Part shown: positions 51,601 through 62,887 of the stretch, in pieces
How the letters are laid out: every line of letters starts with the position of its first letter
How positions within the stretch are numbered: position 1 is the stretch's first letter
NCBI RefSeq assembly: GCF_000150275.1
Contig: NW_002060947.1
Location: 7,797,880 to 7,861,879, forward strand
Source of the DNA: Trichoplax adhaerens
Taxonomy: Eukaryota; Animalia; Placozoa
Length of the DNA stretch: 64,000 bases
Direction of reading: 5' to 3'
Notes under the pieces: generated by a model
Told to the model about the DNA's origin: nothing
What the model saw: the letters and a program-made list of their open reading frames with translations, nothing else
The model's database searches: none
Translations under genes and position numbers: made by a program

Positions 51601-54600
51601 GATTATTGGTATCATCTAACTTGATAAATGATGTAGAATTGGAACGATTTCTAGCTTCTTCCTTCTGTTTTTGTGTTTTCACCAGCGATTGGGAAGAATG
51701 AGCAGCTATCGATTTTTTACTAGGTTGCCCGTGGCCAGCAATAGAGCTCTGATCAACTTTAATTTTAGTTATGGGTGGCAAATTTCTGTTACTTTGCTGT
51801 ATTATGGATTGCTTCGCTTTCTCTCTCTCGATAGGATTTTGAGATTTTACAATAGCCGTTGATGTTGCATTGGTGGATAATGTTTCTTTAACTACAGGAG
51901 AAGTAGGTTTGATAGAAGGTTTTAGTAGAGAGGGATCCAAAACAGTTCCAGTCTCTCTAAAGATGCGAACTTTTGGCTTTTTCATATCTTTATTTGACGT
52001 AGTTGCTTTGGCTTCTTTATTTATATTACTGGATGTTGCAGCAGAGGCATTGTTTTCGTACTCAGAAGCTGTTAAAAATGCCGAATCGTCATCAGAAGCT
52101 GTATTTGGATATATAATAAGGCAAGTTAAAACAATTTCTTAGTGTTAAGATCGAGTAATTGAAATGCCAAAAAATTCTTTGCTGCTGTATCAAAGCATTG
52201 TTATAGCATTGCAAGAATAATGCTAGAAAAAGCTTATATTGATGAAATATGATCAAGATGAATACTAGTATATATGATAAAGTATAATATTGCAAGAATA
52301 CTGCAAGAAATAGCTTGTAATTATGAATCTTGGTCAAGGTGAATATTAGCACATTCGATGAAGCAAAAAGACTGTAAGAAAAAGCTCTTGTTACGAAATC
52401 ACGATCAAGATAACGAATAGGACAATTTGATGAAGCTAGTATTGCAAGAACACTGCAAGAAAAAGCCTCCAATAAATAAATCAATATAAAGCTAACATAT
52501 ATGAAAAAGCAAAATATTGCAAGAAAAGCTTCTATTAATGAATCAATATGAAGACTAGTACATGTGATAAAGCACAATATTGCAAGGATACTATTAGAAA
52601 AAGCTTCTGCTACTGAATTATTATCAAGATGACGACTAGGACATGTGATAAAATTTAAAATAGATGTGGATTAGTGGTAATTTTTGATATTAGTCGTATA
52701 AAGAATGTGCTTTAAATTTTTTCTCGTAGAGAGAATTTGCTTTACCTTGTAATAATATCTTCTTTAAGTAGCGTAAAGTATTTTAAGGTAGACGATGATA
52801 GAAGGTATAAAGGATTTTATTGAGATACAAGTTACAGGCTAACAATGATATGGTTGTTATAGATAAGGTATTTGAGATAGCAGGAATGCAGGAACTGACT
52901 AACGAGTTAGCGTACAAGGGTATTTATAGGTTTTAGATGGGATTGAGATAATGTCTTTATATGTATAGCATGTCGTCTATATGTAGCCATGATGTCGTAC
53001 ATTATGAATGTAATACAATACAGTACTTAAACGGTATATGATAAGTATTCGTATATTAGGATATTACTATACTAGGCATCTTCTATATAAGATCATAATG
53101 TTACATACCTCAGATATTGCACTTAACGAAAGAGGAGCTTTTTAACGAACAACATGCCACAACTCAAAATGCGAAGCATGGAGCGTAAGCGATGTTTTAT
53201 AAAGATGGAAATATACGGAACTGAGCAAATATGATTTTGTTACTTAAGAAAAGTACAAGTACTTGAAAGATTATGAACAATATATCCCCAGAAGCTTTCT
53301 TGTTATAAGATACATGATGCTAGCAATAAATTGCTGTACTGATCACATAGATCTATTTTTTACCTTTAGGGGTGTCCTCTTGTTTCTTCTTAAATAAGCT
53401 AAACCTTCTCTTTCTACTTTTGCTGAGTGATTTCTTCTTTTTTTTCTTTTTCCTTTTTACTTTTTTGTCAATATTTTCGTCGTCAGTTGATGCTTGAATT
53501 TTTACTTTTTTATACTTTGATTTATACTTTTTTGCTGTAAAATTATAGTCAATAGATAAAAAATAATTATTACCTTTACATTAGAAGAAATCTATGGATA
53601 AAATCAATGTTTAATTCATTTATATCACCGGTGCCAGCTATAGCCTACCTCGATGCTGATGGTATTGAATAACATCATTTTCTACCAGTTCAAATTCATC
53701 AGAATTGAAATTTTAGCGTAAAAAAGGTATTGATCAAGAAAATACAGAATGGTATATTATACTATTTTGAGCTCGCGAAAATGTAAAATAGTGAATGGTA
53801 TTTTATGTCCATTAATGCTTATTCAAGTGTAAAATAGAGCTGAAAGAAGCCCATTGATCATAGAAGATAATGTACCTGAGGAACTGCTAGTGCTTGATAG
53901 CGTATCTTTATCCGGATCATCACTTAATTGACGAACATCAACCATTTCAACTTCTGTTTTAAATCATCATTGGAAAATATTTTTAGACAATACATAAACT
54001 CGCTTTAATTCTAATATTACTCCTATTTTAGCTATTGGATTAAATAAATTAGGATTATACCTTCCAATTCATCTTTATCACTATCTTCTAGACCGCAGCC
54101 GCAGCAGCTACAGCAGCAACAGCCGTTGCCTAATTAAAGAAGATTGCAACAAATTAAAATAGCACCATACAAGTTCAATTGCTGCAGTGCAATACCGGAT
54201 GGATAATAACCAGGATATGCATCCGAATAAAAATGATTTGGTTACAGACTATTGGAGATTAACTACAAGATTAATTTGACAAAGCTAAAGTTTGACCGCA
54301 GAGTACTTATGTTCACCTGCATTGTCTTCAGCTGAACAAAATTTTCTTTTCTTACAACATCTAGGACATATAATGTCACAGCAATGACCAATATTTTGGC
54401 ATAGGGGACTTTCATTGTAATAGTTTCTTATTTTCGCACCTGTATAATTGAAGCAACGATTTGAAATGAAATGGTAGAAGTACATCGTAATGAGTTTGAA
54501 AATTCTTCAACACTGAATTTTGAGCCAAAATTTATCTTAATTAGATCATGTCGTGTGACTAACAAACATCAATAAATAAACTCACTTAACGACTGTATAC

Positions 54601-57600
54601 ATGGACTAAATATTTCCACCGCACCAAGGACTATAAACATGTTGAGTGTTAAATAGAAGATAGATTGATTAGTAATTGACTATATTAGATTCGTAGGCCT
54701 TCAATTAACGAAACAGGAGCCAGAATCATGAATTAAAAGTAAAATGAATAAAATACAAGGAGATATGATCTCTTATAAATAGAAAGGATTTGTATCGATT
54801 CGTAAAATTTAAAACTAAATACTTAAAAAATACGATGATTTATATAGAAGAATGATTTGATCAAAACTTATTTTATACACCGTTCAACCCAAATAAGTAG
54901 GAAAATGATAAAAATACTTAATAACTATGATAATTAAATAAATGGGGAATCATTTTTAATATTTGGATACAAGAAATCAGATCGATTTGTAAATTTACAA
55001 TTGAAAGTTGGAATTAGAAGAAAAAAGAAAAATAATTTCAACATTTATTTGAATTATTTCAAAAAATTAAGTAAATATAATATCATTTATAGTATTTGGA
55101 TAAAAGAAATCATATCGATTCGCAAAATTTAGAATTAAAAGTTAGAATTGAAAGAAAAATGGGAAATAATTTATGAGTATACTTGTCTGATTATTTCAGT
55201 TGAGAAAAGATGTCAAATTACACTTCATTAATCACAAATAAAAGCAAGATTTTGTCTTGTGAATATGGCAAGACTTACTTATTCCGCATAGTTCGATAAC
55301 TTTAGCAGGATCACTATCGAAGATTTCATATTTGTCATATTAAGTTATTAAAACAGGCTTAATTTGATTTTAGATTAAATTTACTAACATTTTGTAATTG
55401 AAATCATTTAATAAAATCATTATATGTATTACTTACGTTATTAATTTTACCAAGGCTAATCCAACTGCTGTAGCAGCAACACCTCCTGCAACACCTCCGG
55501 CTATTTGTTGTGCAGCTGAAATACCTTGAGCATAAACTAATTCACAACAGTGGCTCATCAAATATCTTATTAGTGCAAGAGTGAAATATTAAACGAGTAA
55601 TTACAGATGAAAGCTGATAGAAAGGACTATACCTGTCACGTTAACTGGTAAGCTCTCAGCACCATAAATCGCAGCACGAGTGGAAGCTTTAACCTATAAA
55701 AATTATCATATTCTTATGGCATCTCAATTTATAGAATCGGTATCTCGTATTAAAATGAAATTTGAAGTTACGTGTAAATTTATTACTTAAGATTCAGAAT
55801 GTTAAATTTACAAAGTCAGTAACCAAACTAATCTATTACGAACACTTTATGTTTAATTTTTAAAGGAAAAAATGCAAAATAGAAAGCTCTTCATTTAAAA
55901 TCTGTTAGTCAGCTCGAATAGGCTACATTAATTGGTCCCTTAATCACGATAATGCTATCGACTTACAAATATAATATACGATATTATATTTGAGTAGTTT
56001 CAAAAAGATTTCTATTAGTTTTAATTAGAATTACACATTTTTGTGTATGCTAAGTCCTAATACTATTTGAAATTAGTCACTAAAGGACACATAATATAAT
56101 TCAATATTCAAACATATTTTAAGGAAGTTTTCATTATTTCGAATTAATTCTAAAGGTTTGCATAATGTATTTATGAATTTGGCATAGCCGGCCAATTTTA
56201 CTCAGGCACTTGCTGCCTGGTATATGAAAATTTTTATCATTAATGTCTTTCAAAAAGGAATGAAAATGTTCTTATTTATGGAAAAAAGTCGTCACCTGTA
56301 AAAATTCCAGTATATTATCTCTTTTTCGCAATAGATTTTAGCGACAAGGCAAAATGTGGCGAATGTAAATTGAATAAAATCAAACTTGTATGATGTAATG
56401 ATACTAATTGTTTCATAACTATCCCATATTTGGTAGATATTCCTTTTCTTTGCAAACGATCATTTGAACGATTGCTTTACTTTCAAAATAAAATAGTACG
56501 AAGAAATGCCTCGGATGTAAACGAAGATATTTGGTTCTAATAATTTATAATTGAACCGCGTAGACAGGATTACTAAAATTGATTATTTCATGCATTTATT
56601 ACGTGTACTTATAGTAACTCTGTAAGTGGTTTGAAGTGAGTAAACATGATAACTGAAAATGATTATTTCATGCGGTAATTAGGTGTACTTACAGTAACTC
56701 TGTAGGTGGTTTGATCTTCCAGTTTACTAGTATTGAGCATAAGAATATTGCCGGAAACTATTTCCTCATAAATTTCGATCAACTTGTTGGTTACATTGGC
56801 TTTGCTTGTAGATATCAGGGTAAATTTAATAAGATAATTTTTTATAAGCCCATTTGGCTCTACAGGTGGTTTCCAACGAATACTAACCATCTTTACATCG
56901 ACTCTACTGAGTGCTTTAACATTTTTTGGCGGCCCAGGTACTAGAATTAAAAGTGGTAAAGATTATTTAAAATGTTTATATTGTACAGGTCTTTAGTTTG
57001 TTTCGATCACGATTGGTATTAAATGAATCAATCAAAATTGGCAAGAAGTATGAAGACATCCCTATACGATTAACCGTAAAATAGTATTTAAACCAAATAT
57101 AAGCAGGATATAAAATTTATAGATATTTATACCCTAAATGCAATCAATAGTTACTATATTATAATTCCAAACAGGTACATATTCAAAAATGTAAATGGTA
57201 TTTGTCTCAACAATACAAAGGGAGTGAATTTCGAATCAGTAAATACTGTACAACTAGATAGATTATTCACCTATCTTATTTTAGAGATGCATTAGAGTAC
57301 AAGATATGTAAAACATATCCAGAGATTTAATGTAAGAAATTAAATCAATTAAAATTGCACAGAATATGAATCGTTATAATTATTGAATTACAGTAAGATA
57401 ATATTTGAATCAGATACATTAAAAGATACTATATTTTAGAGGGGTTTATACCCAAAATGCGATCAATAATTATTACTAAATTATCAATCCAAATAAGCGA
57501 ATATTCAATAATTTAAAAGGTAGATGTATCTGCAACGTCGAGAGTACATTTTAAACCGGTACCTCATATAATTGTTACCGTCCAAGTACGAAATCAGGTA

Positions 57601-60600
57601 AATTCGCGAAATGCCTAGTCAATTTGCAAAATGCCATACCTCTGGTATTATTAATCGATGAAAAAACTTTAAAGCTAATGTTAAGTGTAACAGTAAATAT
57701 CATAATCAAAGAACTTGTAAAAATATATTATAATTTTCGTAATCAGAACATTATCAATTCAATAATAACTACTTAATTGATAATATTATCTCTAAATGTT
57801 TTGCAATTACTAAATTGCAAGTTATATATGTAATGATTATTTGAATTAGTCTATTATTACTAGTATAATCATCAGTGAAAAATAGATTCTCTGTTTTTTT
57901 AGTAATATGACTACATGAATAATAATAATTTCTCTGATTTATAAAAGAAGACGGTTTCTCTGATTTACGGGTTTGGGTATTTTTGCAGTTTGCGAAGTGA
58001 CTGGGCATTCCTCAAATATTTTGAACTTCGTACTCAAACGGGTACTAATATTCTATATTTACTATTGTATAACATGGAGTACTGTGATATAGTATCAATT
58101 TATACATCTATTTCGAACGCAATCGATTTGTCTATTTATGCCGGTAAAATCGATCTCTCATTTTAGTCATACTTACCTCCATCATTCGTAGTAACTAGAA
58201 TTGTTTGACAAGGTAGTTTTCTTTGCTCAATATTTCTTAAATAGGCTATTGGAGTTACTCTCATCCAGTAGGTAGTAAAAGGTTTTAAATTACTAATCTT
58301 ATAAATTTTAGCAATTGTCATATTTTTAATTATTGGTCGAAATCTCCTTGCAAAATCATTTGTCGATATCCCGGAGCAATTAAAGCATTCCAAGTCGAAT
58401 ATGAGTTTATCCTTTAGTTCTTCAGCGATGTAACCGATCCTCAAGTCTACGCTCTGATTATGCTTTCGAAGATAGGTTAAAGGGCAAGTTGGAATATCTA
58501 ATGATAAACATTTGGAGATAATTAAAATATCAGTCATTTAGCTATGGAGGATCTACCAAAATTATTACTCTATCCTATTATGTTGGACTAGACTTCTATT
58601 CTCAATTTATCGAGTAATGTCAAGTCACTATGTCGCTTCTAGATACTTACTAATACATAAATTGGAGATATGCATCACTTTATCTCGTGTGCACAGACAT
58701 TTTTTTGATCCAGTTACGATCGCAACGGTCCCTAGTGGACATTTTTTACATGGATTGGAGGAGATATCCGGCTTAAAGTAGTTAACAGGACAATCTAAAG
58801 GATAGGTTAAGAATAGGTTAATGAAAAATTTACTAAATTGGCTTAAATGCCCCAAAATTACATCATTTTAGACGTCTAATTGTCAGATAAGATTACAAAT
58901 ACATTTTACTTTGTATGTTTTAGACTTGATGTAGCAGCTGGCTATTACATTTGGATATTTTTACACACATTTAATGAAATTTTGAGCTGTATCAGATCTT
59001 ATCCGTTATTAGAAAGTAGTGTATATTAATTATATTCGTTATTTTAAAATGGGATTCTAAAAGAATAGCTGAAGGTAAGCTTATAATGTATAAAGTCCTA
59101 GATTTCTTGTAAGCCAATAGACTAAACATTAAAATGTTGCAGCTCTTTGTGACAGTGTTATATACTGTATTAGAGTAGAAATATCTATGTTAGGATAATT
59201 CTGTTAGACTATCCTTATTTAGTTAACTTCTAATTTGGATATACTGTGTTTTAATATATCATTGACTTTTTATGACTGAGACACATATACACGTACTGAA
59301 ATTAATAGTTATAATAGGGAATGCAAATCATCTACTTACAATTCGAATCATTGTGATTGTAATTTACTTATAGCAGATTGTAAATTATCATGGAAATGTT
59401 CCGTGATAGGACATATCGTAATCTGACTATTCTGTATTAGTCATTACATGCCTATGTTCGTAAATACTGTTATCTGCATTAAGGGAGCAGTAGCTAAAAT
59501 TAATATCTAATTCAGCAAATGATTCCAAAGTTAATTGTATTATCTATGACTCATGAAGTATTGAGGAATAGTATGTAAATGCAGTATATCGTGAAATAAA
59601 GTGGATTCTCAAACTTAGTGTTCAACGTAAAATACGAGGCGTCTAAGTCTTTGTGTAGTCTGCTAGTAGAGCAAAAATTGTTTCTGATAGTGCAGATATC
59701 ATTCCTTGATATGTGGTTCAAGGAATTGACTTATTGATCGTACATTACGTTATCTTGTTGCAAAGCTGTTTTATGACACTCTTTTAAAAATGAATAAGTT
59801 GCTTCTATTTAGATCACTATTAATTAATATCATTCTAATCATTAGGGAATACTCTTATATTAATAATGTTTATTTTAAAGGGCATGCTAAAGCTATAAGT
59901 GAACTTAAGCCTATTCAGTATAAAGTCTTCAATTTCGAGTAGGTCAGAGTACTAAATGTCTATATACCGTAATATGGTCTAGAGACTTGCTCCGAAATGA
60001 AAAAGTTGTATCTACTTTTAATCTACGCGTACATTAATCAATATCATTGTAATCACTCGGAAATACTCGTTTATTAATTATGTTCGGTTAGCTTAAAAAT
60101 GGTTTCCTAAATGCTATTTTTGACAGTAAGCCTATATTGCATAAATGTATTCGATTTCGAGCAAGCCAGTAAATTTAGTATAAAACATAGAAGCTTCTTT
60201 TGGAAATGAATAAGTTGCTTCTATTTTTGTCTACATTAATTAAGATCATTCTAATCATCAATACCCTAATATTAATATTATTCGCTTTTTAGAGGGTATC
60301 CTAAAAGTTATAGCTGAAGGTAAGTCTATGCTGTTGTTACGATGCGTAATTTCTGACGAGACTATAAAAGGCTGGTGCCTGAAGATCCTTTTTAGTTAGT
60401 TAGTTAGTCGGTTGGATAGTCAACTAGTTTTTCAATTGATATTTAATTGTAAAGTCTATAATCTTGGGTGCCGAGATTTCTTCAGTATTAAATGATAGTA
60501 AATCTCTGACTTTCTCGTCTACACTATCTATGACGCTATAATTATACCATAGTATTCGGTCGTTGGAACTGAATTATTTGGTGATATAGCTAATCTCGCC

Positions 60601-62887
60601 TCTTTAAGTTAGTAAGTGGCGTTCTCCGCAAGGATTGGCGTGTATAGACTACTTTGTCACTAGTGGTGTGTGACAGCTGTATAAAAGTCTTCGAATTTCA
60701 GCAGGCCAGCAGACTGAATATTTAAGTTTAGAAGTTTCTTTTGAAAAGAATAAGTTACTTCTACTTTAATCTAAATTATTTAATAACGTTCCAACTGTAA
60801 GTACTATATGAGAATGATGGCCATAGCTTGTGCCAGAATAATTCTTTAATAACCATTTTAAGTTAAAAGACTGCAAGTAGTTTTTTACTGACCATAGCAA
60901 ACAGGCGGAAGCCCCTCTTGAATGGATCGCCTGTCTTTACCAGCAGCACAAGGACAGTTATTGACATAATTGATATATTCACCATTTGCGGTACATTCTG
61001 CTGTGGGTTTTATCCCATCTGCCGATGAAGCTGAGGTACCGCTACATCGACCCTGTACAATTATTGATTTACTAGCTGGTGCTATAACACGTGGAAATGA
61101 TGCTTCGCCATAATTTGTTTCGGGACATATATAGTACCAAATGGTAACTCTTCTAACATTGGTACATGTCCCGCGATCTTCAATATTGAAATACTTGCCG
61201 CCATAGTTTAAATCAGAATCATCAATGATTACTTTAGAAGCCACATTAGCTGGAGGTCTTCGACTACTATCCATATATGTAGTTGGCTGTTGATTATTGG
61301 TTGTTCCACTATCCTGACGCGTCAGGAGTAGCGTATAAGTTAGCAGCAAGGAAGGCTAAAAGTAAAATAGGTTTATTGAGTTCTCCGAACATTTCAAACT
61401 ATCAAGGCTAAATTGATTATTTGGTGTCCGTTTTAAAATTGATACTAAATTATTGCAAGATTAATATATAATTACTCAAAATTGTTAATATAGCATACTA
61501 GGCAAAGATTTCCGGACAATTTATTAGCTAATGTCAAGTAATAAACTCTCAGGGTTGAGGGGCAGTTGAAGAAATTAGCTGGGCAGTTGATAGTGCTCTC
61601 ATAATTCAGGTTGAAATAGATTGCTTTTACACCAGGAATTTTGGGAATAAATGGAGATATTAGCCATGCTTGCTGCTGAGGACGTCGATTACATATTCTA
61701 TAGTAACTATAAGTATTTTCCGGTGATGGCGGGCGATAGGTAAACTAAAATCGAAATAAATAAGAAAAATAATACATAATCATTTTCGTAAATAGTCGTT
61801 ACGGAAATTAGGATAGTATCAAAATTATTGAAGCTTTTATCCCATTATCTTTTTATAAAGAAATAAACAGGATGGAATAACGCGGTTATACAAAGATATT
61901 TATGATTAACTAGAGGCTGGTTTTAGATCATCAATACAGTAGAGAATATCGATATAAATGAATTAATGAATTACAGATTTGGTCAATTTTGAATAAAACA
62001 ATAATTATGACGTTTGATATCAGAGTGAAAAATTGTTAAATATTTCTAGTAAATAACACCGGAAGATGTGTACGATAAAACTGAGGGCTGGTTTTAATTC
62101 ATTATTACAGTAAAGAATATCGATAGAAATATATTAATGAAATATATATTTGTTATGTCGTTTAGAAAAACAATAATTATGATACTTGGTATTAGAAGAA
62201 AAAATTGGTAAATATCTCGATTGCATAACGCTACAAATGAATAAATATTTCTATCTTATGACTCTGCAAGGTATGCATTACAAAATTGAGGACTGATCTG
62301 AAGGCCATTAATACTGTAAAGAACATTGATATAAATAAATTGATGAATTACCGTTCAAAATTTCGTAAAATTTTTGAATAAAACAATAATTATGATAGTT
62401 GATATTAGTATGAGAAGTTATCGTTAAATAATTCTATCCTATAGCTCCGAAAGATTTCAGTATAGTAATATCGATAACTGAATTTGTTAATCTTGTGCTA
62501 GGAAAGTGCTATTCGGTAGCAACAAAAATAAATCCCTGTTAAACAGTAGGCAAAAAAAATAGGCTATTACGGCATTTATCATTTAGACTAAAATTTGAGG
62601 CGGATGATGATCACATAATTTCATCGCATTTCATGAAGATTAACGAATAAAGTCGATAAATACTATCGATTTGATCTCATTCTATCATTTTATGCACATA
62701 CTAATAAATCATCCGTGACTAATTCTAGATTGAATCAACACCATCGCAGAATTGTATCGTGCTATCTTTAATTATGATTGAGAATAAAAAATACAAACAT
62801 TGACTGCTTGATTGGAATTATTAAATATAGCACAGTTTTGCCAAACTCTCCAGTTCCACGCATTGCGATAAGTATCTAGAATCGTAA
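48603..62887 (-). CDS. Eph-receptor-like type I membrane protein with full Eph ectodomain but no kinase or SAM domain; ~26 exons, ~1270+ aa; signal-peptide exon not confidently located
   Basis: Ectodomain and TM exons (- strand): 62887-62799 (TILDTYRNAWNW), 61744-61499 (YRICN..QQAWLISPFIP..IYFNLNY..C..C..TLRVYY; Eph LBD), 61355-60893 (YFNIEDRGTC..VTIWYYICP..ASFP..VQGRC..CTANGEY..CPCAAG), 58794-58651 (CPVNYFKP..CKKCP..C.C), 58497-58177 (FN3: ISNLKPFTTY), 56940-56693 (FN3: VPGPPKNV..WKPPVEPNGLIKNY), 55693-55633, 55536-55437 (TM IAGGVAGGVAATAVGLALV). Tail exons: 55313-55279, 54630-54586, 54439-54317, 54129-54061, 53953-53876, 53681-53649, 53534-53364, 53137-53109, 52761-52746, 52098-51292, 51124-51038, 50938-50882, 50655-50602, 50458-50363, 50247-50194, 49941-49759, 49634-49521, 48706-48603 (stop). 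All junctions are GT-AG and phase-consistent. The ectodomain call is strong; the linkage of every tail exon is inferred. Confidence 0.8.
48830..49245. repeat. Diverged AT-rich tandem repeat, ~4 copies of ~110-120 bp, last intron of Eph-like gene
   Basis: TTTTAATAGATAA.TGC.TAGTTT..ATTAT..TCTATG..T..AA.TAATGTTTAT(A/G)TCGAT recurs at ~48857, 48968, 49077 and 49183. Confidence 0.85.
52205..52650. repeat. Diverged short-unit repeat (~65-80 bp), 5-6 copies, intronic
   Basis: ATTGCAAG(A/G)A...AGAAA(A/T)AGC recurs at ~52208, 52289, 52441, 52516 and 52579. It explains spurious hydrophobic ORF 52092-52577. Confidence 0.8.
54945..55175. repeat. Diverged tandem duplication, 2 copies of ~133 bp, intronic
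   Basis: TATTTGGATA.AAGAAATCA.ATCGATT....AAATTTA.AATT.AAAGTT.GAATT...AAATAATTT occurs twice. Confidence 0.8.
57574..58045. mobile_element. Degenerate MITE-like element: ~67-70 bp imperfect terminal inverted repeats around a ~335 bp AT-rich non-coding core, in an Eph-like intron
   Basis: 57574-57640 (GTTACCGTCCAAGTACGAAATCAGGTAAATTCGCGAAATGCCTAGTCAATTTGCAAAATGCCATACC) aligns with the reverse complement of 57976-58045 (GTACCCGTTTGAGTACGAAGTTCAAAATATTTGAGGAATGCCCAGTCACTTCGCAAACTGCAAAAATACC). No transposase. TSD unclear. Confidence 0.65.
59785..60780. repeat. Diverged ~210 bp repeat, 3-4 copies, intronic
   Basis: A(A/T)GAATAAGTT(G/A)CTTCTA...ATTAAT...ATCATT(C/G)TAATCA (minor variants) recurs at ~59789, 59996, 60205 and partially 60745. 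Confidence 0.75.
61910..62430. repeat. Diverged tandem repeat, 3 copies of ~170-200 bp, intronic
   Basis: GAGG(G)CTG...TAC(A/T)GTA(A/G)AGAA(T/C)AT(C/T)GATA.AAAT...ATGAA...AAAACAATAATTATGA recurs at ~61913, 62083 and 62288. Confidence 0.85.

Noticed and set aside
52092-52577. 161 aa hydrophobic ORF resembling a multi-pass membrane protein
   Set aside because: It lies in an intron over a diverged ATTGCAAG repeat. The hydrophobicity reflects T-rich codons.
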